The position numbers and the translations under genes are program-made. Under the pieces are notes generated by a model, which was not told where the DNA came from, did no database searches, and saw only the letters and a program-made list of their open reading frames with translations. A DNA stretch of 64,000 bases, from NCBI GenBank assembly GCA_965220255.1, contig OZ244816.1:1010852-1074851 (forward strand), in the 5' to 3' direction. This DNA comes from Dehalococcoidia bacterium. GTDB taxonomy: Bacteria > Chloroflexota > Dehalococcoidia > Lucifugimonadales > VXLM01. Shown piece by piece: positions 1 to 7,682 of the stretch (position 1 is the stretch's first letter; each line of letters opens with the position of its first letter).

Positions 1-334
1 CTGTATCTCTCCCCTGGCGGGGGCTGACAGGGGTAGGTATTTGCCTATCGCTCCACTCTCCATTGACCAGAAAGCTCCCCGGCTCTGTCATTCTGAGCGC
101 AGCGCAGCGGAGTCGAAGAATCTAAAGTGTCTGTCCTGACGTGAAGCTGACATAGGGAGTCCTTACGCTGTTTTCACTCTCGGTCACGATACAAGCGTGG
201 CTCTGGCTGTCCGGTCTTGAGATTATGGATTTTAGATTCCTCGCTACGCTCGGAATGACAGCTTGACGGGGGTCGAATCATAGCTGCAAAATCGTTTTGC
301 CTACCCCTGTCAGCCCCGGCGGGGGAGAGATTGT
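1..334. repeat. Composite nested MITE-like repeat, copy 1 (inverted relative to copies at 51362 and 55175; may be cut by window edge)
   Basis: Outer arms 1-38 and 301-334 are inverted repeats (ctgtatctctcccc..gggctgacaggggtagg / cctacccctgtcagcc..gggggagagattg). Inner arms 85-135 and 228-262 (ctgtcattc[ct]gagcg..gaatctaaa) are also inverted. The ~110-nt core matches 55310-55420 at roughly 85-90% by eye. Confidence 0.75.
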
Positions 335-347
335 GGGGTGCGCCGAT

Positions 348-376
348 TTGACGTGTGGGAACAGACGTTCTATATT
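348..376 (+). promoter_or_regulatory. Putative sigma70-type promoter upstream of portal-like ORF
   Basis: TTGACG (348-353), 17-nt spacer, TATATT (371-376). Lies 42-63 nt upstream of the candidate starts at 418/439. Confidence 0.4.
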
Positions 377-417
377 GGGTTGTGGGATAGTCGGCGCAGG
401 GGCGTCGCGGCCCGAAT

Positions 418-2094
418 ATGGGAGCACGGAGAGGATATATGCCAACGAATATCAACGACCCGGACGAGATCATTCGCGCGGTGGGACGGCAGGAGGAGCA
501 GACGCTTCCGCTGCGGGACCGCATGGAGGGGGACTACCGGCTGTACCGGTTGGAGCCGTTCCAGGAGGTGGACGGGTACGGGCAGCCGGTGGAGGGGTTT
601 CGGAGCTACACGTCGAACGCGCCGCAGGTGTACGCGGACAAGGTGATCCAGTGGATCGCACGGGCGGAGTTCGGCATCCGCATCCCGCAGGCGGGCAGGA
701 CGCGGGCGCAGCGGGCGGCGGACGCGCTGAAGGAGAAGTGGACGTGGGGGCTGATGCGGTCGGTCGACCGTCGCATCCAGCAGCGCATGGAGCCGCCGAT
801 GCGCGACCTGACGGCGTTCCACAACGTCGTGCGGGGGATGGTGGCCGGGCGCTGGCTGATGATGAACACGGCGTCGGGCGAGACGGTGGTGGACATGACG
901 CCGTGGGACCCCATGCACACCTACTGGGCCGTCGGGAGTGAGGGGCTGGAGTGGGCGTGCTACAAGGTCCGCAAGACGCGCGGGGAGATTCGCGCCGAGT
1001 ACGGCGTGGACGTCGGGGAGGACATCGACACGCTCAGGGTGGGAGCGCAGGACGGGGACGAGGCGGAACTCGAGGTGTACGATTTCTATGACCGGACGCA
1101 CAACACGGTGGTCGCGGGTAACAGGGTCGTGCTGAAGAGTCCGACGGCGCACGGGTCCGGACGGGTGCCTGTGGTGATCGTTCCGGTCGGGCCGGTGCCG
1201 CTGGTGCAGACCGACTCGGCGGCGGACTCGGTGTCCGACTACGGCGAGAGCGTGTTCAAGTCGAACCGTGAGATCTACGACAAGCACAACCTGATGATGT
1301 CGATCTTCCTGGAGCTTGCGGCGCGGGCGAGGAGGCCACCGCTGGGGGTGAAATCCCGCGACGGGCGTAAGACGCTGGACGAGGACCCGTACATGGAGGG
1401 GACGACGATCAGCATGAGCGAGGGAGACGACGTGGAGGCGTTCCCGCTGCTGAAGACGACGCAGGACGCGGCGGACCTGACGGGGCGGATATCGGGGGAA
1501 GTGCAGCGCGGGTCGATCCCGCACTCGGTCTACGGGGAGCTCCAGTTCCAGCTATCGGGTTTCGCGATCAACACGCTGCGGTCGGGCCTCGATTCGGTGC
1601 TGAGGCCGCGTCTGATCGCGGAGGCGTCGTTCTACTCGCAGGGGCTGGAACTGCTGACGGAGCAGTACGTTTCGGGGCGGTTCTCGGCGCTGACGGGCTC
1701 GGCAGGCGCGTCCTTCGATGCGGCGATGACGCCGGAGGTCATTTCGCGTGGCGGGACGCCGGAGATCAAGCTGGAGGGCAAGTTGCCGGAGGACGACACG
1801 GCGAAGTACGCGCAGGCAAGGATCGCGCGTGAGGGGACAGTGCCGCTGCTGCCGGACAGGTGGATATACGACAACATCCTCAAGATCCGGGACGCGGACA
1901 ACATCGAGCAGGCGGTGTCGGCGCAGGTGGCGCGACGCGGGACGGCGGAGTCGCTGATGCTGAACTCGATGATCGCGTCGGCCGACCAAGGGGACGACGA
2001 CTACGCGCGGCTGTACGAGAGCGAGTTGCGGCTGGCGAGGATGCGGAAGCTGCTGGAGCTGCAGGGGCTGCGGGAGGAGGAAGCGCGTTCGTGA
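418..2094 (+). CDS. Phage portal-like protein (putative)
   Basis: 558-aa ORF. The likelier start is ATG 439, behind GGAGAGGA at 428-435. Size and position at the head of a same-strand scaffold-like plus HK97-like capsid cluster fit a portal. I could not confirm any diagnostic motif by eye. Confidence 0.5.
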   Translation: MGARRGYMPTNINDPDEIIRAVGRQEEQTLPLRDRMEGDYRLYRLEPFQEVDGYGQPVEGFRSYTSNAPQVYADKVIQWIARAEFGIRIPQAGRTRAQRAADALKEKWTWGLMRSVDRRIQQRMEPPMRDLTAFHNVVRGMVAGRWLMMNTASGETVVDMTPWDPMHTYWAVGSEGLEWACYKVRKTRGEIRAEYGVDVGEDIDTLRVGAQDGDEAELEVYDFYDRTHNTVVAGNRVVLKSPTAHGSGRVPVVIVPVGPVPLVQTDSAADSVSDYGESVFKSNREIYDKHNLMMSIFLELAARARRPPLGVKSRDGRKTLDEDPYMEGTTISMSEGDDVEAFPLLKTTQDAADLTGRISGEVQRGSIPHSVYGELQFQLSGFAINTLRSGLDSVLRPRLIAEASFYSQGLELLTEQYVSGRFSALTGSAGASFDAAMTPEVISRGGTPEIKLEGKLPEDDTAKYAQARIAREGTVPLLPDRWIYDNILKIRDADNIEQAVSAQVARRGTAESLMLNSMIASADQGDDDYARLYESELRLARMRKLLELQGLREEEARS

Positions 2095-2213
2095 CGGGGG
2101 ATTCACCGCAGAGGGCGCAGAGAGCGCGGAGTGAAGAGAGAGGGGGAGGGTTTGGGTCTCCCGCCGGAAGTGTTGCCGGATACTTTCGTGCGGTCGCCTG
2201 AGCCGCCTGGGGT

Positions 2214-2241
2214 GTAGGGGCGATTCGCGAATCGCCCCTAC
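2214..2241. repeat. 28-nt perfect palindrome gtaggggcgattcgcgaatcgcccctac
   Basis: Perfect self-complementary 28-mer between the convergent portal-like and NHL genes; it overlaps the NHL stop codon. The identical 28-mer recurs at 25676-25703, and a variant with a different loop is at 36549-36577. Confidence 0.9.
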
Positions 2242-3263
2242 ATTGGTCTCTTGCCGACGGCGAGAGTGGCGCTGACTGCTGGGCCGTCGTCGCTGGAGAA
2301 GCCGTATGAGCCGTTTCCGGCGACCGTGGTGATGATGCCCGTCGTGGCGTCGACTTTGCGGACGCGGTAGTTGCCGGTGTCTACGACGTACAGGTTGCCG
2401 TCGCGGTCGAGGGCGATGCTGTAGGGCATGGAGAGGCTCGCCTTGCTTGCGGGGCCGCCGTCGCCGGAGAAGTCCGCCCTGCCCGTCCCGGCTACGGTCG
2501 TGATCGTGCCGTCGGGGGCGATCTTTCGGATGCGGTTGTTGGCGCCGTCGGCGATGTAGAGGCTGCCGTCGGAGTCGAGGGCGACATCGCGGGGGAGGGC
2601 TATCGCGGCCTGGCTGGCAGGGCCGCCGTCGCCGGAAAAGGCCTGCTTGCCGTTGCCTGCGACTGTTGTGATGGTGCCCGTCGCCATGTCTACCCTGCGA
2701 ATGCGGGAGTTGCGATGGTCGGCAATGTAGAGGTCGCCGCCTGCGCTGCAAGTCACTGCGATTGGTGAGGCGAGCATGGCCTCCGTAGCCGCACCGCCGT
2801 CTCCTGAGTACCCGTGTTCGCCGTTGCCCACGACGGTGGTGATGATTCCCGTGGAAGCGTCGACCCTGCGGATACGGTCGTTCTTGAGGTCGGCGATGTA
2901 GATGTTGCCGTGTCGGTCGAGGGTGGACCCGTGGGGCGATGCGAGTTGGGCGTGGATGGCGGGGCCGTCGTTGCCAGAGTAGCCCTCGGCGCCGCATCCG
3001 GCGACGGTCGCGATGGTGTTGATTGCGGCATCAATCTTTCGAATGCGGGCGTGGTGGGCGTCTGTGACGTAGAGATTGCCTGCACGATCACCCGTGACGC
3101 GCATGGGGTGTGAGGAGAACGAGGCTTGCGTGGCTGGGCCGCCGTCACCTAGGTCGCCAGTGCCTCCGCCCGCGATGGTGGTGATGACGCCTGTGGTCAG
3201 GTCGATCCTGCGGATGCGGCTGTTGCCGACGTCGGAGAAGTATATGGCGTCGTGGATGAACAT
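2238..3263 (-). CDS. NHL-repeat beta-propeller protein (possibly 5'-truncated)
   Basis: Six ~56-aa tandem repeats with the pattern GDGGPA..A.L..P.G[IV]A.D..GNLY[IV]AD..N.RIR[KR][IV]D..TG.ITT[VI]AG.G. The ORF begins mid-repeat and has no signal peptide. Confidence 0.8.
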   Translation of the reverse strand: MFIHDAIYFSDVGNSRIRRIDLTTGVITTIAGGGTGDLGDGGPATQASFSSHPMRVTGDRAGNLYVTDAHHARIRKIDAAINTIATVAGCGAEGYSGNDGPAIHAQLASPHGSTLDRHGNIYIADLKNDRIRRVDASTGIITTVVGNGEHGYSGDGGAATEAMLASPIAVTCSAGGDLYIADHRNSRIRRVDMATGTITTVAGNGKQAFSGDGGPASQAAIALPRDVALDSDGSLYIADGANNRIRKIAPDGTITTVAGTGRADFSGDGGPASKASLSMPYSIALDRDGNLYVVDTGNYRVRKVDATTGIITTVAGNGSYGFSSDDGPAVSATLAVGKRPM

Positions 3264-3335
3264 TGGGGGAGTGTATCACTTGGGGGTTCGTGCTTACCCC
3301 AAGGCTATTACTTCGATAATTGGAAGCTCAGCCGC

Positions 3336-3364
3336 TTGACAGGACCTTCCAAGTGGCGTAGAGT
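3336..3364 (+). promoter_or_regulatory. Putative promoter of the DGQHR island
   Basis: TTGACA (3336-3341), 17-nt spacer, TAGAGT (3359-3364), in a low-GC stretch. Confidence 0.35.
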
Positions 3365-3434
3365 ATGTACGTACGTCCTGCATAAACGTACATTCTTCTG
3401 TGATTTACGTATGTTGTCGCAGGGTGGACGTACA
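3365..3434 (+). promoter_or_regulatory. Operator-like array of ACGTA palindromic cores
   Basis: GTACGTACGT at 3367-3376, then ACGTA cores starting at 3386, 3407 and 3428 (exactly 21 bp apart). ATGTACGT (3365-3372) and ACGTACAT (3386-3393) are inverted repeats. The array lies between the -10 box and the SD of the 44-aa ORF. Confidence 0.4.
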
Positions 3435-3449
3435 GAAAGGAGGTAGGTA

Positions 3450-3584
3450 ATGGTCAACAAACAATATCACGACCAAGCTAGAGGCATCGTCTGTTTCGGA
3501 ATACGGCGCGGGCGACTATCGGCAAGGCAGCTCCAATGGCTGCTTGGCTATGTCGACCGATGCCGACGACAAGAAAAGCCCTAG
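3450..3584 (+). CDS. Small basic ORF (44 aa), hypothetical
   Basis: ATG at 3450 preceded by AAAGGAGG (3436-3443) at 6-nt spacing. Translation is MVNKQYHDQARGIVCFGIRRGRLSARQLQWLLGYVDRCRRQEKP. It is below the ORF-track cutoff and I recognise no homology. Confidence 0.25.
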   Translation: MVNKQYHDQARGIVCFGIRRGRLSARQLQWLLGYVDRCRRQEKP

Positions 3585-3705
3585 GACAAAGCCTAGGGCC
3601 CAGAAGCGACACGGATGGACGATTGTTGGTTCGGACATCCGTGCTCGCACCGTCCAAAGCATACCACACTGTAAGAACACATCTCAAAGACAAGGAGTAG
3701 AGTGA

Positions 3706-4833
3706 ATGATTAGGTTAAGAGCATTTAAGGGTCGCATAGGTATAACGGACTATTACCTTACCATGGCTACGTTTGGAGAGGTTGCACGTATGGTCAGGTA
3801 CAAGGAGAACGATCGTGATTGGCCTGCGGAATTACGACAGCAACGACCACTCAGCATGACACGCGTAAAGAACTTCATGGTCCCTTATCTGGTGGAGAAT
3901 CCTGACCACTTCTACAGTGCATTGGTCGTGGAGCACCTCCGCCCAGGTGAAACGACACATGATGTCAAATTCATCGAGGATCAAGACGACGAGAACACAG
4001 GATGGGTCGAAATGGAGGGCACTGAGATCCTGGAAACTCTTGATGGACAACACAGGCTAAAGTCGATTGAGTTGGCCGTCGAGGAGTCACCAGAGCTCGC
4101 AAGGGAGACGATAGCCGTGTTGATTGTCCCCCACAAGACTGTTGCGGTCGCCCAGCAGCGATTCTCGGACTTGAACAAGAACGCCAAACCGACTCCGAAA
4201 GCGCTGAATGTAATGTTCGAGCAGCGAGAAGAAGCAGCGTTACTAGCCAAGAACCTGGCCAAAAATTCAAAGATGTTGGATGGCCGAGTCAATTTGGCAA
4301 GCTCAAGTTTGTCAAAGCGGTCTCCCTACATAGTCACGATTTCCAGTCTGTACGAGGCGGTGAAAATAGTAGGGCCAGAATTGCAAGGGGACATCGACGC
4401 AAAGTCCGAGCAGTTGGTAAATTACTGGGACACTGCGTTAGCTGCGATGCCTGACTTCGAACGAATGGTGCAGGGAGAATTAACAGCCGGCGACATTCGA
4501 AGCAAGTACGTGTATGCAAGCGGTCTAGGATTTGAGGCATTAGCAGAAGTCATCCGCACTATACTGGATGACCACCCCGACAAATGGGAAACGGTCCTCA
4601 CAAACGGGCTTCCTCGGATAAATTGGGAACTTGGGAACTTTGAGTGGGAAGGGGTCGCACTGATCGCAGGACGAATCGCGATAGCCAGGGCTCCTCGGCG
4701 ACGGACGGCAACGTTGATTAAATACTTGCTTGGGCTACGGGTTGAAGAGAGCCACCTAGCAGACTTGAAAGAGGCCTACAGCAACTTGGGTCGGAACCTT
4801 CCTAGCCCATTGTTTGTCCCGAAGGCCGCATGA
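3706..4833 (+). CDS. DGQHR-domain protein (DndB-like, ParB/Srx-type fold)
   Basis: Literal DGQHR motif (LDGQHRLKSIELAV) and the downstream QRFSDLNKNAKP motif typical of DndB/DGQHR proteins. AAGGAG lies upstream of the ATG. About 50% GC versus higher-GC flanks. Confidence 0.8.
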   Translation: MIRLRAFKGRIGITDYYLTMATFGEVARMVRYKENDRDWPAELRQQRPLSMTRVKNFMVPYLVENPDHFYSALVVEHLRPGETTHDVKFIEDQDDENTGWVEMEGTEILETLDGQHRLKSIELAVEESPELARETIAVLIVPHKTVAVAQQRFSDLNKNAKPTPKALNVMFEQREEAALLAKNLAKNSKMLDGRVNLASSSLSKRSPYIVTISSLYEAVKIVGPELQGDIDAKSEQLVNYWDTALAAMPDFERMVQGELTAGDIRSKYVYASGLGFEALAEVIRTILDDHPDKWETVLTNGLPRINWELGNFEWEGVALIAGRIAIARAPRRRTATLIKYLLGLRVEESHLADLKEAYSNLGRNLPSPLFVPKAA

Positions 4834-4843
4834 GAACGCATGT

Positions 4844-4872
4844 TTGACATCGGTCTGGACGTGGGATAGACT
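4844..4872 (+). promoter_or_regulatory. Putative promoter between DGQHR gene and scaffold-like gene
   Basis: TTGACA (4844-4849), 17-nt spacer, TAGACT (4867-4872). Confidence 0.3.
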
Positions 4873-4934
4873 CGATTTGTGACGGTCGTCGTTCCGGTGG
4901 GATGGGGGCCGAAACTAAACAGAGAGACGCCAAG

Positions 4935-4977
4935 CAGAGCGTCCCGGAGATTGTTCCGGGGCGCTCTGTGTGTTTTT
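4935..4977 (+). terminator. Intrinsic terminator
   Basis: 14-bp stem (4935-4948 pairs with 4955-4968, one G-U pair), 6-nt loop, then tgtgttttt (4969-4977). Confidence 0.7.
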
Positions 4978-5030
4978 CCGGCATCAAGGACGGAGAGACA
5001 TGGTGGAGATTCAGTGAAAGGAGAGACGAG

Positions 5031-5570
5031 ATGGTGATGGCAACGGACATTGAGGAAGACGGGGCGATGGAGGGTGTGGACGAGTCGGAGGGCGAGGTCG
5101 ACGAGTTCGATCTGGCCGAGCTCCGAAGGGAGTTTGCAGGGCAAACTGAGACCGGTGTAGAGAGTCGGGAGGGTGACTCCGGCGGCGACGAGGGGGATTC
5201 CCAGGGGACTGATGAGGAGGAGTCGGAGGAGCTTTCGTCCGAAGGAGAGCCGTTCGGCTCGGACCGGGAGCGGTATCAGGCGGTGGTGCGCGCGGCGCGG
5301 GAGCACGGGCTGGGAATCGACGACCTCGAGGAGCTAGAGCGTGCGGAGAGCGCGGAGGACGTCGAGCGACGGGCGCGGGGCATGGCGGAGCGGCGGACGC
5401 TGAATCGGAGGGTGGAGGCGCTGGAAAGGCAGCTTGCGCCGGTGCAGCAGTTCGACAGCAACCGTCCGAGCGCCCCGTCGGCCGGCTCCGACGAGACTTG
5501 GATCGACCGGTACATGGCGGGAGACCGGAGCGCGCGAGCGGTTGCAGCGGCGCGACGGGCATTCGATTAG
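5031..5570 (+). CDS. Acidic scaffold-like protein (putative)
   Basis: Start chosen at ATG 5031, behind GAAAGGAGAG and downstream of the terminator that lies inside the longer 4902 ORF. The N-terminal half is highly acidic (D/E-rich) and the C-terminal half is helical and charged. It sits between the portal-like and capsid-like ORFs. Confidence 0.4.
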   Translation: MVMATDIEEDGAMEGVDESEGEVDEFDLAELRREFAGQTETGVESREGDSGGDEGDSQGTDEEESEELSSEGEPFGSDRERYQAVVRAAREHGLGIDDLEELERAESAEDVERRARGMAERRTLNRRVEALERQLAPVQQFDSNRPSAPSAGSDETWIDRYMAGDRSARAVAAARRAFD

Positions 5571-5603
5571 CAAAAACACAGACACAGGCAGAAAGGAGAA
5601 CAC

Positions 5604-6476
5604 ATGCCACAAACAACGAGCACAGGAAACCTGGAGAAGGCCCAGAGGACGATGATCGGGCAGATGCTGTACACGACGGAGCACAACGCGCCCGCGATGG
5701 CGCTGGTGACGCACATGAGGCTGCGGCGCGGGGCGTCGAGCGTGGATGTGCCGAAGGCGGGGCAGATGACGGTGTCGGACCTGGTCGAGGGACAGGACAT
5801 CACGGACGAGCAGAGCCTCGGTATGGAGTTCACGACGCTGACCACGTCCGAGGTGGGCGCGAAGGTGGTGGTGACGGACAAGCTGGTGCGGCAGATGCAG
5901 CCGGACGTGTTCAAGGTGATCGGGCGGCAACTCGGCGACGGCATGGCGCGCAAGAAGGACCAAGACGTGATCGCGCTGTACGGGTCGCTGAACGAAGGGA
6001 CTGCACTGGGGGCTGCGGGCGCGACGTTCAACGTCGCCCATGCGGCGGCGGCGTACACGCACGCAGTGGCCAACAAGTTCGGGACGAAGCTCTCGATCGT
6101 CCACCATCCGAACGCACTGTACAGCATCATCAACTCCGGCGCGATTACGCCGGGGGCCAGCGGTCCGGTCGACGCGGGGTGGTCGCGCGACCTGCTCCAG
6201 CGGTTCTTCGCGGGACTCGCGCCGGTGGGCGGAGTGCCGATGTTCCACGACGGCAACATCGAGGTGGACAACGATGGCGACGCGGTGGGCGTGATCGCCG
6301 ACGAGGGCGCGCTCGTCGTGCTGGAGTCGGTGACGATGCGGACGGAGCGTCAGCGGGACGCCTCGCTGCGGGGCACGGAGGTCGTCATCACGGCGGACTA
6401 CGGGGTCTTCGAGCTCGACGACTCTCGCGGCGCGCCGCTCAAGTACGACGCGACCCCGCCGTCGACATCGGAGTAG
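5604..6476 (+). CDS. Major capsid protein, HK97-fold-like (putative)
   Basis: 290 aa, with GAAAGGAG upstream. Composition and layout resemble Phage_capsid/HK97-type coat proteins (e.g. KVVVTDKLVRQM..DVFKVIGRQLGDGMARKKDQDVI). Positioned after a scaffold-like ORF. Recognition by eye only. Confidence 0.55.
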   Translation: MPQTTSTGNLEKAQRTMIGQMLYTTEHNAPAMALVTHMRLRRGASSVDVPKAGQMTVSDLVEGQDITDEQSLGMEFTTLTTSEVGAKVVVTDKLVRQMQPDVFKVIGRQLGDGMARKKDQDVIALYGSLNEGTALGAAGATFNVAHAAAAYTHAVANKFGTKLSIVHHPNALYSIINSGAITPGASGPVDAGWSRDLLQRFFAGLAPVGGVPMFHDGNIEVDNDGDAVGVIADEGALVVLESVTMRTERQRDASLRGTEVVITADYGVFELDDSRGAPLKYDATPPSTSE

Positions 6477-6487
6477 GCACCCCCTCT

Positions 6488-6523
6488 CTGTATCTCTCCC
6501 CCGCCAGCGCGGGGGAGAGATTG
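6488..6523. repeat. Solo hairpin version of the outer arms of the composite repeat
   Basis: ctgtatctctcccc-cgccagcgc-gggggagagattg reproduces the outermost arms of 1-14 and 321-333 with only a 9-nt loop between them. Confidence 0.7.
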
Positions 6524-6592
6524 ATGGGGCTTTTCTCTCCCGCTGAGAGGGTGTCATTGAAAGGGCATCATCCAGCTTCGGAGACGTCTCTG

Positions 6593-6617
6593 GATTCCCG
6601 CTTTCGCGGGAATGACG
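6593..6617. repeat. REP-like hairpin gattcccgctttcgcgggaatgacg
   Basis: Same hairpin family as 14773-14858, 9162-9213 and the variant at 28398-28427. Confidence 0.7.
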
Positions 6618-6730
6618 GTGGTTATGCAAAGGTCTCCGCCGGCAGGGGAGAGACTGATCGGAATTCACAGCAGTTGCTGATACCCGCATGGCCCCGTGTG
6701 CGGGGCAACGTGTTACTCAGGAGGAAATAT

Positions 6731-7108
6731 ATGGACCGGAAGACGCCCGCGACACTGTCGGAAGAATTGGCGAAGCTCGGCTACACGTGGGAGTACCTCG
6801 ACAAGTGGCAGCCGAAGGTCGACATGTACTGGCACGTCGACCAAGTGAACGTCGCGGGTGAGGTGGTCGGGAGGGCGGGCGCGATGCTGCCCAACCTGCC
6901 CGGCCACCCCGACCATCAGGCGAGGTACGCACGGCGAGGCCTGCTGCCGTGGCCGCCGGGCAAAGAGTGCGAGTGCAAGGGCTGTCGCGAGCGGTACGGG
7001 ACCGAGCGCACGGGCCGCAAGTTCATGTCGCCGGATGACGTGGAACGAGAGGTGGCGAGCGACAGGCTGTTTGGGGGTGGGGGCGCGGGTTCCAAAGCCA
7101 AGGAGTAG
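6731..7108 (+). CDS. Hypothetical protein (phage-module ORF)
   Basis: 125 aa. ATG 6731 is preceded by AGGAGGA (6718-6724). It is the only non-repeat part of the 5498-7108 ORF. No function recognised. Confidence 0.5.
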   Translation: MDRKTPATLSEELAKLGYTWEYLDKWQPKVDMYWHVDQVNVAGEVVGRAGAMLPNLPGHPDHQARYARRGLLPWPPGKECECKGCRERYGTERTGRKFMSPDDVEREVASDRLFGGGGAGSKAKE

Positions 7109-7160
7109 CTCTTTTCTATCCACCTCACTATGAATTTCGTTATTATGGACATGACAGGGT

Positions 7161-7189
7161 GTTGACAGCCCAACCACGTGTTCATACAC
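7161..7189 (+). promoter_or_regulatory. Putative promoter of second low-GC island
   Basis: TTGACA (7161-7166), 17-nt spacer, TACACT (7184-7189). Confidence 0.3.
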
Positions 7190-7263
7190 TGATGCACCCA
7201 TGACAAGGTACGGTTCTCATTTGAGGGACTTCGTACCTCCCCTAAAGAAAGAAGATATCACCG

Positions 7264-7671
7264 TTGGCTGAGTCCCTAAGTCAAGTTGTGCCGGTGATGG
7301 TCGCGGCCTTGGTATGTGATACGGCTGCTACTGAGCCCCACTCTAACAAGAAGAGTCTCATTGGCATCTTCGACAGACTGGAGGCGGTTTCTTTCCCGAC
7401 TCAAAGGATACTCTCTCTTTACTTGAAGCTTACTGATGCCGAGGGGCACTATGAGATGGAGGTGCGGTTCGTTCACCTGAACACCGGAAAAGTGTTGGCC
7501 AAGGCCGAAGGCAAACTCAATCACTCTGATCGGTTAACCTCGGCCGAGATGCTTATCCCGTCACTACCTTTTGAGTTTGGTGAGCAGGGGCGGTATGAAT
7601 TCCAAGTCTGGGCCAATTCGATGTTTCTTGGTTCCACAACCATCGACGCCATCCTGCGATCATCGAAATAG
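7264..7671 (+). CDS. Hypothetical small beta-rich protein
   Basis: 135-aa ORF from TTG 7264 (the ATG at 7297 is an alternative start). Low GC. Vaguely resembles uncharacterised DUF-type proteins with the pattern ..CD.A....gK.SLIGIFD.. No function known to me. Confidence 0.45.
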   Translation: MAESLSQVVPVMVAALVCDTAATEPHSNKKSLIGIFDRLEAVSFPTQRILSLYLKLTDAEGHYEMEVRFVHLNTGKVLAKAEGKLNHSDRLTSAEMLIPSLPFEFGEQGRYEFQVWANSMFLGSTTIDAILRSSK

Positions 7672-7682
7672 GAGATTGAACG

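Noticed and set aside
174-524. ORFs that translate repeat elements: 174-524, 14373-14750, 14434-14768, 51597-51827, 55225-55653, 9072-9275 and 29298-29534.
   Set aside because: Their peptides (HSERSEESK.., PSPVVGEGWGEGE.., VIPAKAGI..) are just translations of REP/MITE hairpins that recur in both orientations in intergenic DNA.
370-1524. 384-aa minus-strand ORF antisense to the portal-like gene. Similar long antisense or alternate-frame ORFs include 1552-2997(-), 5334-6689(-), 17774-18964(-), 18985-20667(-), 24150-25670(+), 26104-26847(+), 39634-40725(+), 43561-44406(-), 47303-48307(+), 55310-56314(-) and 56939-57751(-).
   Set aside because: They are Arg/Pro/Gly/His-rich low-complexity translations typical of the non-coding frames of high-GC genes. 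Each fully overlaps an ORF with recognisable motifs or normal composition.
3478-3693. 71-aa minus-strand ORF in the low-GC region upstream of the DGQHR gene.
   Set aside because: It has no SD, it overlaps the SD-led 44-aa plus-strand ORF, and it points against the island promoter. Neither small ORF is certain; I kept only the one with a strong SD, at low confidence.
4902-5030. N-terminal 43 codons of the 222-aa ORF (the 4902 start) for the scaffold-like gene.
   Set aside because: This stretch contains a strong intrinsic terminator hairpin plus T-run (4935-4977). ATG 5031 has a good SD (GAAAGGAGAG).
5498-6730. Upstream part of the 536-aa ORF 5498-7108, and the 9776-10153 extension of the 765-aa ORF.
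   Set aside because: Both are alternate-frame read-through of neighbouring real genes and repeat DNA, with Arg/Gly-rich composition. Internal ATGs with SDs (6731 and 10154) give compact, non-overlapping genes.
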